From Polyangiales bacterium (GTDB lineage: Bacteria; Myxococcota_A; Polyangia; Polyangiales; Ga0077539), in NCBI GenBank assembly GCA_044229975.1, contig JBGARZ010000001.1, forward strand, positions 640,001 through 704,000: a stretch of DNA of 64,000 nucleotides, written 5' to 3'. The translations under genes were made by a program, and so were the position numbers. Of this stretch, positions 27,694 to 37,152 are shown in pieces. The notes beneath the pieces were generated by a model. The model ran no database searches. It worked only from the letters and a program-made list of their open reading frames with translations, and was not told the origin of the DNA. How positions within the stretch are numbered: position 1 is the stretch's first letter; each line of letters begins with the position of its first letter.

Positions 27694-29163
27694 CTACCGA
27701 TCGCTCGCGAAGACCACCTTCCCCAGCCGCGCCTCCGCCTCCGTCGCCGCCTCGCGGTCCTGCGCCGCGGCCGCGTCGTCGGCCTCCATCTCGGCGAACC
27801 GATACTGCACCTCGCCCGCCTCGCTCACCACCGCGTCGCCCCCGAGCTCCGCCACGCGCACGGACACCTCGCGCGACGTCGGCTCGCGCCCCGTCGCCAC
27901 GCGCACCGCCGTCCGCAGCGCGGCGTCGTCCACCGCCTCGCCCTTCGCGGCGTGCGTGACCACCTCGCGCAGCACACCCAGCCGCGCCTTCTCTTCGTCG
28001 AGCGCCTGCTGCTCTCGCCGACGCCACAGCGCCCGTGCGATGGGCAACACGAACAGCGCCGCCGAGAACACCACCGGAACCAACCCCAGCACCAGCGGAA
28101 CCCCACCCGGCACCGGAACGTACGGCTGCGTACGATCGAGCATGCGCGCGAGGTTCTCAAGCGTGACGTCGTTGGCGATGGCCCACAGACCCGCCAGCAG
28201 GTTGAAGCCGTTGAGCGCGGCGATGCCCGCGTTGGCGCCGCCGCTGTTGCCCGTGAGCGGTGGCAGCACGGTGGGGCGCTGCCACGCCGGGGCCGGTCGA
28301 GCCGTCGGCGCGCCGTCTGACGCAGCGGTCTTCCGCAGCGCTTCGAAGCGGTAGTAGATGCCGCCGCTCTCGCTGACCTCGACGGTTCCGTCGTGGTCGA
28401 GCATCAGCCTCGCCATCAGCGGGTCGGCCTCCGAGCGCGGGAGACCCGTCACACGCATCACGTCGGCGAGGGCGATGCGCCCCTTCAGCGCGCGCACCTC
28501 GGCGAGCACACGCGCCCTCTCCGCGTGGGGATCGGGCGCCGTCGCCGGAGGTCCCCACACGAAGCGGTTGACCTTCTCGTAGAGCGGAACCTCCTCCTCT
28601 TCGGCCGCCGCCCGCATGCGCCGCTGCGCGCGAGGCGAGACCACGCCGTAGTCGTCGTAGCGGTGGTAGGCGAGCGGCGAGAACGGGTGAAACGTCCACC
28701 ACGCCGCCTCGGCGATCAGCCGCAGCAGGCCACCAATGATCGAGGAGCCCGGTCCGTCGTCGCGGTCGCTGCCGCGCCCCGAGGAGAGCGCGATGCCGAT
28801 GGCGACGAAGGCCAGCGCGTAGCCGACGATCGCGATGAGCAGCCACGCGCGCACCAGCAGCCGCCCCGCCGCCGCGAGCACCGAGCCCGCGCGCGCCATC
28901 CAGCGCCCGACGGTCTCCTTCGTCTCCCAGGGCTTCGTGAACCCGTGCGGAAACACATGCACGAGGTCGCCCGCCTCGGTCACCCGATACTGCCCACGGT
29001 ATTCGCTCGCGAGCCACGTGAGGCCGGCCTCCGCGTCGCGTAGCGCGAGGCCGCTCCGCACCGAAGCGTCGGCCACCGTGAGCAACGGAAGCGGTTGGGG
29101 CAGCGTGCGTCGCAGCACCGCGGCCGCGGCGGCGGGGTCCATCGAAGAGGGGGCGTCAGGCAT
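27694..29163 (-). CDS. Membrane protein with three repeated modules (At5g03900-like, cyanobacteria/plastid family)
   Basis: TVADA...GL..A...L...G...V(T/S)E.G...(F/Y).F module three times; TM segments; FVWGP; LTGN. Confidence 0.7.
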   Translation of the reverse strand: MPDAPSSMDPAAAAAVLRRTLPQPLPLLTVADASVRSGLALRDAEAGLTWLASEYRGQYRVTEAGDLVHVFPHGFTKPWETKETVGRWMARAGSVLAAAGRLLVRAWLLIAIVGYALAFVAIGIALSSGRGSDRDDGPGSSIIGGLLRLIAEAAWWTFHPFSPLAYHRYDDYGVVSPRAQRRMRAAAEEEEVPLYEKVNRFVWGPPATAPDPHAERARVLAEVRALKGRIALADVMRVTGLPRSEADPLMARLMLDHDGTVEVSESGGIYYRFEALRKTAASDGAPTARPAPAWQRPTVLPPLTGNSGGANAGIAALNGFNLLAGLWAIANDVTLENLARMLDRTQPYVPVPGGVPLVLGLVPVVFSAALFVLPIARALWRRREQQALDEEKARLGVLREVVTHAAKGEAVDDAALRTAVRVATGREPTSREVSVRVAELGGDAVVSEAGEVQYRFAEMEADDAAAAQDREAATEAEARLGKVVFASDR

Positions 29164-29259
29164 CGGAGGTCCGGGCCCGATCGTGCCCGCTCCCGGGCTG
29201 CGAAGCCCGTGCAACCGCCTTGACACTGCGTTCGCCCGCGAGATAGGTCGGCCATGGCG

Positions 29260-29280
29260 TTGTGAGAACGGCTCCCACAA
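29260..29280. promoter_or_regulatory. Palindromic operator TTGTG-N11-CACAA (Fur-like), site 1
   Basis: TTGTGAGAACGGCTCCCACAA lies between TTGACA (29220) and the AGGAG RBS. Confidence 0.65.
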
Positions 29281-29317
29281 TCAGCCGACGCCCCTTTCCG
29301 CCTCAGGAGAATTGTTG

Positions 29318-31450
29318 ATGCACTTTGCGCCATCGCTCACCGAGGCCGTCACGGCGCTCGGCCGACCGCTCTCCTCGTTGCTCGACCCGAGCACGCGCGT
29401 GTTCGGGCCCTTTCTGCTGGGCGCGGCGGGCATCGCGCTCGTCGCGTTGGTGCTGCGCGGGATGAGCCTCGGCCTGGCCGCGCGCGAGCTGCTGTCGCCG
29501 CGGGTGTGGCTGCACCGATCGGCCCTCGCGGACTACCGGCTCATCGCCGCCCGCGCCGCGCTGCGGGCGCTCCTCGTCGGCGTGCGCGGTGTGTCGACGC
29601 TGGTGGTCGCGGCCCTCGTGATGTCGTGGCTGCGGCGTCACCTCGGGCTGCCCGGCGTGCACGCGTCGGCGGTGCTGGTGGGCGCGGCGTTCGTGCTGGC
29701 GGCCTTCGTCGCGGAGGACGCGGTGCGCTTCGCACTGCACCGGGTGATGCATCGGGTGTCGTGGCTGTGGGAGTTTCACAAGGTGCACCACTCGGCGGAG
29801 GTGCTCACGCCCTTCACCCTCTACCGAACGCACCCCGTCGAGGCGGCCATCAACGGCGCCGGCAACACCCTCGCCGTCGGCCTCGTCACGGGCCTCTTCG
29901 CGTGGACCTTCGGGCCGTCCATCCGCGCCTGGGAGATCTTCGGCGTCGACGCCATCGGCTTCGTGTGGACCCTCTGCGGCGCCAACCTCCGCCACTCGCA
30001 CGTCTGGCTCTCGTACGGCCCGCGCGTCGAGCGCTTCTTCCTCAGCCCCGCCCAGCACCAGGTGCACCACAGCACCGACCCCCGCCACGTCGATCGCAAC
30101 TTCGGCACCGCGCTCTCCCTCTGGGACCGCCTCGCCGGTTCGCTCTACGTGACTTCTCCCCAGCCCGAGGCGCTCACCTTCGGTCTGCCCGCGGGTGAGG
30201 CAGGCCCCGCGCACACCGTCGGGTCGCTGCTGCTCTCGCCCTTCGCCGCCGTGGCCCGTCGCGCTCGCGCCGTGATCGCTCCGCGCCCGTCGCCGGTGCG
30301 CCTCGGGATCGCCCAGCGCTTCGCCCTCGTCGCCGCCGCGATGGTGATGTCCGCCTGCACCAAAGAGGAGCCCTTCGACCGCGTCACGCTCCTCCAGGCC
30401 TTCGGGCGTTGCACCGTCACGACGTACGACCAGTTCCAGGCGACGACGCCGGGGCTCGTGGCCGCGACGACCGCCTACGCCGCCGCGCCGACCGACGCCA
30501 ACCGCGCCGCCGCTCGCACGGCGTGGGAGCGCGCCATCGACCTCTGGGAGCAGGCCGAGCTGCTGCGCTACGGGCCCGCGGCGACCTTCGACACCATCGG
30601 CGGTCAGAACCTCCGCGAGGGCATCTACGCGTGGCCCGACGTCAACCGCTGCCTCATCGAGCAGCAGGTCGTCTCGCGCGCCTACGACACGGCGATGTTC
30701 AGCAGCCTCTCCACCAGCACCCGCGGCCTCGCGGCGCTCGAGTACCTGCTCTTCTACGAGGGCGCCGACAACGCCTGCCAGGCCACCGACGCCATCAACG
30801 CGATGGGAACCTGGGCGGCCCTCTCGCCCGACGAGCTGCGACAGCGCAAGGCCGCGTACGCGCGCGCCATCGCCGTCGACGTCGAGGCCAACGCGCAGCG
30901 CCTCATCGCGGCGTGGCACCCCAACGGCTTCCAGAACCAGATCGAGACCGCCGGGCTCGGCAGCTCGCTCTTCGCGACGCAGCAGGTCGCCTTCAGCGTC
31001 ATCGCGGAGGGTGCGTTCTACCTCGACACCGACGTGAAGGACCTGCGCCTCGGGCGCCCGCTCGGCCTCGTCAACTGCACCACGGGCACCTGCCCCGGCG
31101 CGCTCGAATCGCAGTGGGCCGACCGCGGCCGCGAGCACCTCCGCAACAACATGCGCGGCCTGCGCACGCTCATGGAGGGCTGCGCCGCGGGCAACAACCA
31201 GGGCTTCGACGACCGCCTCGAGGCCGCCGGCGCGGGTGCGCTCGCGACGCAGCTGCGCGCCGACCTCGACGCCGCCGACGCCGCGATCAACGCCATCCCC
31301 GGCACCAGCCTGCGCGATGCGCTCGCCAACAACCCCGCCTCGCTGATGCGCGTGCACACCGCCATCAAGGAGCTCACCGACTTCCTGAAGATGGAGTTCT
31401 CGACGACGCTCCAGATCACCTCGGAGCGGGTCGCTGGGGACAACGATTGA
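29318..31450 (+). CDS. Sterol desaturase/fatty-acid hydroxylase fused to an imelysin-family domain
   Basis: His boxes HRVMH, HKVHH, RHSH, HQVHH; internal lipobox VMSAC (Cys 30356); ARTAW, YAWP, RGLAALEYLLF, ESQWA, GDND end typical of imelysins. Confidence 0.85.
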   Translation: MHFAPSLTEAVTALGRPLSSLLDPSTRVFGPFLLGAAGIALVALVLRGMSLGLAARELLSPRVWLHRSALADYRLIAARAALRALLVGVRGVSTLVVAALVMSWLRRHLGLPGVHASAVLVGAAFVLAAFVAEDAVRFALHRVMHRVSWLWEFHKVHHSAEVLTPFTLYRTHPVEAAINGAGNTLAVGLVTGLFAWTFGPSIRAWEIFGVDAIGFVWTLCGANLRHSHVWLSYGPRVERFFLSPAQHQVHHSTDPRHVDRNFGTALSLWDRLAGSLYVTSPQPEALTFGLPAGEAGPAHTVGSLLLSPFAAVARRARAVIAPRPSPVRLGIAQRFALVAAAMVMSACTKEEPFDRVTLLQAFGRCTVTTYDQFQATTPGLVAATTAYAAAPTDANRAAARTAWERAIDLWEQAELLRYGPAATFDTIGGQNLREGIYAWPDVNRCLIEQQVVSRAYDTAMFSSLSTSTRGLAALEYLLFYEGADNACQATDAINAMGTWAALSPDELRQRKAAYARAIAVDVEANAQRLIAAWHPNGFQNQIETAGLGSSLFATQQVAFSVIAEGAFYLDTDVKDLRLGRPLGLVNCTTGTCPGALESQWADRGREHLRNNMRGLRTLMEGCAAGNNQGFDDRLEAAGAGALATQLRADLDAADAAINAIPGTSLRDALANNPASLMRVHTAIKELTDFLKMEFSTTLQITSERVAGDND

Positions 31451-31520
31451 CGCCATGGACGTCGAAGCGCGCCTCGTGAACCTCCACCTCGACTGAGCTC
31501 CCGCCCTCCCCTTCCGAGCC

Positions 31521-33827
31521 ATGAACACAACCCGCCGCCTCGGCCTTCTGGCGCTCGTCGTCTCCGGCGCCACCGCCCTGCCCGCGTCCGTCCTCGCGCA
31601 GCCCGTGCCCGCCAACCCGCCGCCCGCCGACCCGCCGCCCGCCGACCCGCCTCCGCCCGCGAGCCCGCCTCCGCCCGCCGACCCCGCGTCGCCGGACACG
31701 GGCGAAGTCCTCCCCAGCCAGGAGTACTATGTGCGGGGCCGGCGCACGCTCGACCAGGTCCCCGGCAGCCACACGCTCATCCGCCGCGAGGACATCCAGC
31801 AGCTCGCCCCGCAGAGCGGCGGCGACGTCCTGCGCACCGTCCCCGGCGTCAACGTCGTGAGCGAAGACCCGATGGGCCTGCGGCTCAACATCAGCATCCG
31901 CGGCCTCGACCCCAACCGCTCGCGCAAGGTGCTCGTCCTCGAAGACGGGATGCCCGTCTCGCTCAACCCCTACGGCTCCCCCGAGCTCTATTACACGCCG
32001 CCCATCGAGCGCATGGACCGCGTCGAGGTCGTCCGCGGCAGCGGCCAGATTCTCTGGGGTCCGCAGACCATCGGCGGCGTCATCAACTACATCACGCGCG
32101 AGCCGCCGCGCCGCCCCACGGCGGGCGTCGACCTCCGCTACGGAACCTACGGCTACCTCCTCGCGCAAGCCTTCGCGGGCGCCACGCAAGGCCCCATCGG
32201 GTGGCGCCTCGACGTGATCCACCGCCGCTTCGACGGGCCGCGCAACCTCAACCTCGCGCTCACGGACATCGCCGGTCGGCTGCGGCTCCAGATCTCCCCG
32301 CGCTCGATCGTCCAGCTCAAGCTCAACTACTACGACGAGTCGTCGAACGCGACGTACCTCGGCGTCACGTCGCCGCAGTTCGCCCTCGACCCGACCATCA
32401 ACGTGGCCGGCAACGACCACTTCCAGATCCGCCGCTACGCGCTCGCGCTCATGCACCAGTTCACCGCGTCGCCGACGGTGATGCTGCGCACCAACGTCTA
32501 CGCCTACCAGACCAACCGCGCGTGGCGCCGCCAGGAGTACGACCGCAGCGACACGGGCGCGGACTACGAGCGCGTGTGCGACCCGATGGGCCGCTGCGGC
32601 GCGCCCGGCGCCTCCGGCATCGCCCCCACCAACAACGGCGGGAGCGTCTTCCTGCGTCGCACCGCGGCCACCAACGACCGCTCCTTCGACGTCTTCGGCG
32701 TCGAGCCCCGCCTCACCTGGAACTGGACCCGCGGCACCGTCTCCGGCGAGCTCACGACCCTCGTGCGCTTCCACTACGAGAGCGCCAACGACGCGCGCTT
32801 CATCTCGTCGTTTCCGACCGGGCGCTCGGGGGTGCCCATCGCCGACGAGATCCGCAACGGCTACGCGCTCGCCGCCGCGGTGCAGCATCGCTTCGGCTTC
32901 AACGACCGCTTCTTCGTCACGCCGGGCGTGCGCTTCGAGGGCTTCTGGAGCAACCGACGCGTGACGCGCGAGTCGTTCATCGACCCGATGGGTCAGACGG
33001 CCTACCGCGACGTCGACGTCTTCGGCAGCTCATCGAGCGCGGCCCTCATCCCGGGCCTCGGCCTCTCCTACCGCTTCGGCTCCGCGCTCACGATCTTCGC
33101 GGGCGTGCACCGCGGGTACGCCCCGCCGCGCACCAAGGACGCCGTCTCCCCCGCGGGCGCCAACCTCCAGCTCGACCCCGAGCTCTCCTGGAACACCGAG
33201 CTCGGCTTCCGCACGCGCCTCGGCCGCTGGCTCAACGCCGAGGTCGCGGCCTTCCACCTGGAGTTCGAGAACCAGATCATCCCCCCGAGCGAGTCGGGCG
33301 GCGCGGTCTCGGCCGCGGGCTTCAACACCGGCCACAGCCGCCACGTCGGCCTCGAAGGCAGCCTCACCTTCGACGTCGCACCCGTGTTTCAGCGCGGCGC
33401 GTCGACCTTCTCGCTGCCGCTGACGGTCAACTACACCTATCTCCCCGTCGCGGACTTCGTGGGCGGGCTCTTCGGCGGCAACCGCCTGCCGTACGCGCCC
33501 GAGCACATGCTCTTCGCGCAGCTCCGCTTCGTGCACCGCGCGGGCTTCTCCGCGCAGGTGAGCGCCACCTACGTGGCCAGCCAGTTCGCCGACAAGGAGA
33601 ACACCGTCGCCCAGTCCGTCGATGGCGTGGTGGGACGCCTCGACGGCTACCTCACCATCGACGCTCGCGTCGGCTACACGATCCGCGTCCCCAACCTCAC
33701 GGTCTACGTCGCGGGCCGAAACCTCACCGACCAGATCTACGTGGCCAATCGCGCCCCGCAAGGCATCCAGCCCGCCGGGTGGCGACAGGTCTTCGTCGGC
33801 CTGGAGTGGTCCTGGCCCCGTTCGTAG
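31521..33827 (+). CDS. TonB-dependent receptor, FecA-like
   Basis: Signal peptide; plug VLRTVPGV...NISIRG...VLEDG...VEVVRGSG...GGVINYIT; LDPELSWNTELG; NRLPYAP; RNLTD. Confidence 0.95.
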   Translation: MNTTRRLGLLALVVSGATALPASVLAQPVPANPPPADPPPADPPPPASPPPPADPASPDTGEVLPSQEYYVRGRRTLDQVPGSHTLIRREDIQQLAPQSGGDVLRTVPGVNVVSEDPMGLRLNISIRGLDPNRSRKVLVLEDGMPVSLNPYGSPELYYTPPIERMDRVEVVRGSGQILWGPQTIGGVINYITREPPRRPTAGVDLRYGTYGYLLAQAFAGATQGPIGWRLDVIHRRFDGPRNLNLALTDIAGRLRLQISPRSIVQLKLNYYDESSNATYLGVTSPQFALDPTINVAGNDHFQIRRYALALMHQFTASPTVMLRTNVYAYQTNRAWRRQEYDRSDTGADYERVCDPMGRCGAPGASGIAPTNNGGSVFLRRTAATNDRSFDVFGVEPRLTWNWTRGTVSGELTTLVRFHYESANDARFISSFPTGRSGVPIADEIRNGYALAAAVQHRFGFNDRFFVTPGVRFEGFWSNRRVTRESFIDPMGQTAYRDVDVFGSSSSAALIPGLGLSYRFGSALTIFAGVHRGYAPPRTKDAVSPAGANLQLDPELSWNTELGFRTRLGRWLNAEVAAFHLEFENQIIPPSESGGAVSAAGFNTGHSRHVGLEGSLTFDVAPVFQRGASTFSLPLTVNYTYLPVADFVGGLFGGNRLPYAPEHMLFAQLRFVHRAGFSAQVSATYVASQFADKENTVAQSVDGVVGRLDGYLTIDARVGYTIRVPNLTVYVAGRNLTDQIYVANRAPQGIQPAGWRQVFVGLEWSWPRS

Positions 33828-33878
33828 CCTGACGCCCCGTCACGCGACGGGTGCCCCACGATGCCCCGAATTCGATGA

Positions 33879-33899
33879 TTGTGGTCTTCACTTTCACAA
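33879..33899. promoter_or_regulatory. Palindromic operator TTGTG-N11-CACAA (Fur-like), site 2
   Basis: TTGTGGTCTTCACTTTCACAA in an AT-rich patch, overlapping a second palindrome TCACAA-N5-TTGTGA. Confidence 0.65.
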
Positions 33900-33924
33900 T
33901 TGGTTTGTGATAGCCAACCCGGCC

Positions 33925-35511
33925 ATGAAGCTCCGGCACACCTCTTCTTGGCGTTCGATCATCTCCCTCTGCTCGCTCGGCCTGCTGCTCGCGGCCGGCT
34001 GCGACGACACCGCCGCGACGACCGACGCCGCGACCGACTCCGGGGTCATCAACGACACCGGCACGACCCCGACCGACGTCGGCACCCAGCCGACCGACGC
34101 GGGCACCCAGCCGACCGACGTGGGCACCCCGACCGACGTGGGCACCCAGCCGACCGACGTGGGCACCCCGACCGACGTGGGCACCTCCCCGACCGACGCG
34201 GGCACCCCGGCCGCGACGCCGCAGATCGTCCCGGTGTCGGCCACCGGCCACGACCGCTTCTTCGGCGTGACCTATGAGCCCGGCGGGAGCTTCTACGCGG
34301 TGGGCGTGGTCTCCAACGGCAACGTCGCCGCGACGGCCGACTTCGAGACCGTGGTCGCGAAGTTCACCCCGGCGGGCGCGCTCGACACCACCTTCGGAAC
34401 CGGTGGCTACGCCCGGCGCAACCTCGCGGTGGGCCTCGGCGGCGAGGTCGCCCGCGGCATCGTCGTGCAGGCGAGCGGCAAGATCGTCGTCGTCGCCACC
34501 GTCGAGCACGCCGGCGCCACCGACCCTCGCGACCGCGACATCGCCCTCATCCGCTTCAACACCGACGGAACCGTCGACTCCACCTTCGGCACCGCGGGCG
34601 TGGTCACCCTCGACCTGAGCGCGGGCGAGGTCGTCGGCACCAGCTACGTCGCCGACTCCGCCTGGAGCCTGCGCAACTACCCCGGTGACCGCCTCGTACT
34701 CAGCGGCTCGCAGAAGCGCTCGGGCGCCACGGACAGCGACTTCGTGGTCGTGCGCCTCACCACCGACGGCGCGCGCGACACCACCTTCGGCACCAACGGC
34801 GTCGCGTCCGTGGACATCAACAACCGCAACGCCAGCGCGCGCGGCCTGACGGTGCTCGCCGACGGAAGCATCCTCGGCGGCGGCTACATGGAAGAGGGCG
34901 GCGTGACCAACCCGGTGGTCTTCAAGCTCACCGCGGCGGGCGTGCTCGACACCTCGTTCAACACCACCGGCATCTTCGCGCGCCCCGTGCTCGCGGCGGT
35001 GACCGAGGTCTATGGGACCATCGCCCAGGGCGCCAACGTCGTGACCGTGGGCTACGGCCGCGGCGCCACCACCGACGCGGGCGTCCCCAGCATCGACATC
35101 GTCTCGCTGCGCCTCTCGGCGACGGGCGTGCTCGACACCACCTACGGCAACACCGGCGCCACCGGCGCGGCGCAGGTCGACTTCATGGGCCAGAGCGACC
35201 AGGCCCGTAACCTCATCGGCCTCCCCGACGGCCGCACGCTGTACGTGGGCGGCGCGCGCCCCACCGCGTCCAACGTCAACGGCATGTTGGGCGTCCTCAC
35301 CGCCGGTGGCATGCCCGACGCCACCTTCGGGACCAACGGCCTCCGCACCTTCGACTTCGGCGGCGTGGGCGACTTCTTCTGGGACGTCGCCATCAACCCG
35401 GCCGGCACCCGCGCCGCTGTCGTCGGCGTCCGCGGCGTGGCCGTCCCCGCGGCCGACGCGGGCGTGAGCACCGAGAACGACGACGGCGTCGTCTACGTCC
35501 TCCCGCTCTGA
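33925..35511 (+). CDS. Delta-60 repeat beta-propeller lipoprotein
   Basis: LAAGC lipobox; repeated G.LDTTFGT.G motif; VQASGKIVV. Confidence 0.9.
   Translation: MKLRHTSSWRSIISLCSLGLLLAAGCDDTAATTDAATDSGVINDTGTTPTDVGTQPTDAGTQPTDVGTPTDVGTQPTDVGTPTDVGTSPTDAGTPAATPQIVPVSATGHDRFFGVTYEPGGSFYAVGVVSNGNVAATADFETVVAKFTPAGALDTTFGTGGYARRNLAVGLGGEVARGIVVQASGKIVVVATVEHAGATDPRDRDIALIRFNTDGTVDSTFGTAGVVTLDLSAGEVVGTSYVADSAWSLRNYPGDRLVLSGSQKRSGATDSDFVVVRLTTDGARDTTFGTNGVASVDINNRNASARGLTVLADGSILGGGYMEEGGVTNPVVFKLTAAGVLDTSFNTTGIFARPVLAAVTEVYGTIAQGANVVTVGYGRGATTDAGVPSIDIVSLRLSATGVLDTTYGNTGATGAAQVDFMGQSDQARNLIGLPDGRTLYVGGARPTASNVNGMLGVLTAGGMPDATFGTNGLRTFDFGGVGDFFWDVAINPAGTRAAVVGVRGVAVPAADAGVSTENDDGVVYVLPL
34069..34207 (+). 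repeat. 18/21-bp coding tandem repeat PTD(V/A)GT(Q/S)
   Basis: About 7 copies of CCGACCGACG(T/C)(G/C)GGCACC forming a lipoprotein stalk. Confidence 0.9.
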
Positions 35512-35589
35512 TCGCCCTCCCTTCGCGGCCGATGGCGACGACGTTCGATCGTCACCCGCCGCGCCCCTTCGGGTAACGTGCCCGTCGCC

Positions 35590-37152
35590 ATGACGGACGC
35601 CCTCTGGAGTCTCCCCGCCACCACGCTCTGTGACCTGCTCGCCCGGGGAGAAGTCTCCTCTCGCGAGGTCGTCGACGCCCACCTCGATCGCATCGCCACC
35701 CTCGACCCGACGCTGCGGGCGTTCACGCAGGTGTTCGTCGCCGAGGCCCGCGCCGAGGCCGACCTGCGCGACGACGAGCGACGACGCGGCATCTCGCGCG
35801 GCCTGCTCCACGGCCTCCCGATGACCATCAAGGAGTGCTTCGACCTGGCGGGGCTCCCCACCACCCTCGGCATCCGCGCCCGGCTCTCCCACCGCGCCGC
35901 GCGCGACGCCGCCATGGCCACGCTGCTGCGCGAGTCGGGGGCGGTGCTCCTCGGGCGCACCAACCTCTCGCAGACGATGCTCTTCGCCGAGAGCCGCAAC
36001 CCCATCTATGGGCAGACGGCCAACCCCTTCAGCCTCGCCCACTCCTCCGGCGGATCGTCGGGCGGCGAAGCCTCCGCCGTCGCCGCGGGTCTCTCACCCC
36101 TCGGCGTTGGAACGGACATCGGCGGCTCCATCCGCTCGCCCGCCAGCTTCACCGGCATCGTGGGCTTCAAGCCCACGCTCGACCGCCTCCCCACGCGCGG
36201 CCAGGGCAGCGTGCTCAAGGGGCAGGAGGCCGTTCGCTCACAGGGCGGCCCCCTCGCCCGCACCGTCGCCGACCTCGACCTCTTCTTCCGCGCCATGGAC
36301 CCCAACCGCATGAGCGCGCTCGACCCCAAGGTCGCCCCCATCCCGTGGCGCCCGCTCGGCTCCATCGCCGTCCGCGGCCTGCGCGTCGGCTACTACGCCA
36401 ACGACGGCGTGCTGCCCGTCTCGGCCTCCATCGCGCGCGGCATCGAGATCGCCCGCAGCGCCCTCTCCGCGGCGGGCTGCGAGACGGTGCCGTTCACGCC
36501 GCCCGACGTCGCGTCGCTCTTCGACGAGTACCTCGCGGCCATGAGCGCGGACGGCGGCGAAGGGCTCCTCGATGCCCTCCGCGAAGACCCCATCGACCCG
36601 ACGCTCGCCCCGCTGCTCAGCCTCGCGCGGGTTCCTGACTCGGTTCGCAAGGGCATGGCCCGGGCCGCGCGCCTCGCCGGTCAGGGCTCTCTCGCGCGCA
36701 TGCTCGACTCCATGGGAGCGAAGACGGCGCGGGCGTTCTGGGGGCACATCGACGCGCTCCGCAGCTACCGCGTCGAGCTGCTCGACATGATGGATGCCGT
36801 CGGCGTCGACGTGATCCTGTGTCCGGCCTACGCGACGCCCGCCCTGCCGCACGGGATGTCCAGGAACTTCACGGCGGCTTCGACCCCGGCGCTGCTCTAC
36901 AACGCCGTGCAGTTTCCGGGTGGTGTGGTTCCGGTGACGAAGGTTCGCACCGACGAGACGAAGCGCACCTCGCCGCAGGGCCTCGTCGAGCGCCACGCCG
37001 CGAAGGTCGACGCGAAGAGCGCGGGCCTCCCGGTGGGCGTGCAGATCGTCGCGCGTCCGTGGCAGGACGAGGTGGCGATGGCCGTGATGGCGGCGCTCGA
37101 AGGGGCAGTGCGCGGTCGGCCGGACGTGCCGCTTACGCCGGTGACGCCGTGA
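35590..37152 (+). CDS. Amidase signature family (fatty-acid amide hydrolase-like)
   Basis: [37 protein letters not shown]. Alternative start GTG 35578. Confidence 0.93.
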   Translation: MTDALWSLPATTLCDLLARGEVSSREVVDAHLDRIATLDPTLRAFTQVFVAEARAEADLRDDERRRGISRGLLHGLPMTIKECFDLAGLPTTLGIRARLSHRAARDAAMATLLRESGAVLLGRTNLSQTMLFAESRNPIYGQTANPFSLAHSSGGSSGGEASAVAAGLSPLGVGTDIGGSIRSPASFTGIVGFKPTLDRLPTRGQGSVLKGQEAVRSQGGPLARTVADLDLFFRAMDPNRMSALDPKVAPIPWRPLGSIAVRGLRVGYYANDGVLPVSASIARGIEIARSALSAAGCETVPFTPPDVASLFDEYLAAMSADGGEGLLDALREDPIDPTLAPLLSLARVPDSVRKGMARAARLAGQGSLARMLDSMGAKTARAFWGHIDALRSYRVELLDMMDAVGVDVILCPAYATPALPHGMSRNFTAASTPALLYNAVQFPGGVVPVTKVRTDETKRTSPQGLVERHAAKVDAKSAGLPVGVQIVARPWQDEVAMAVMAALEGAVRGRPDVPLTPVTP

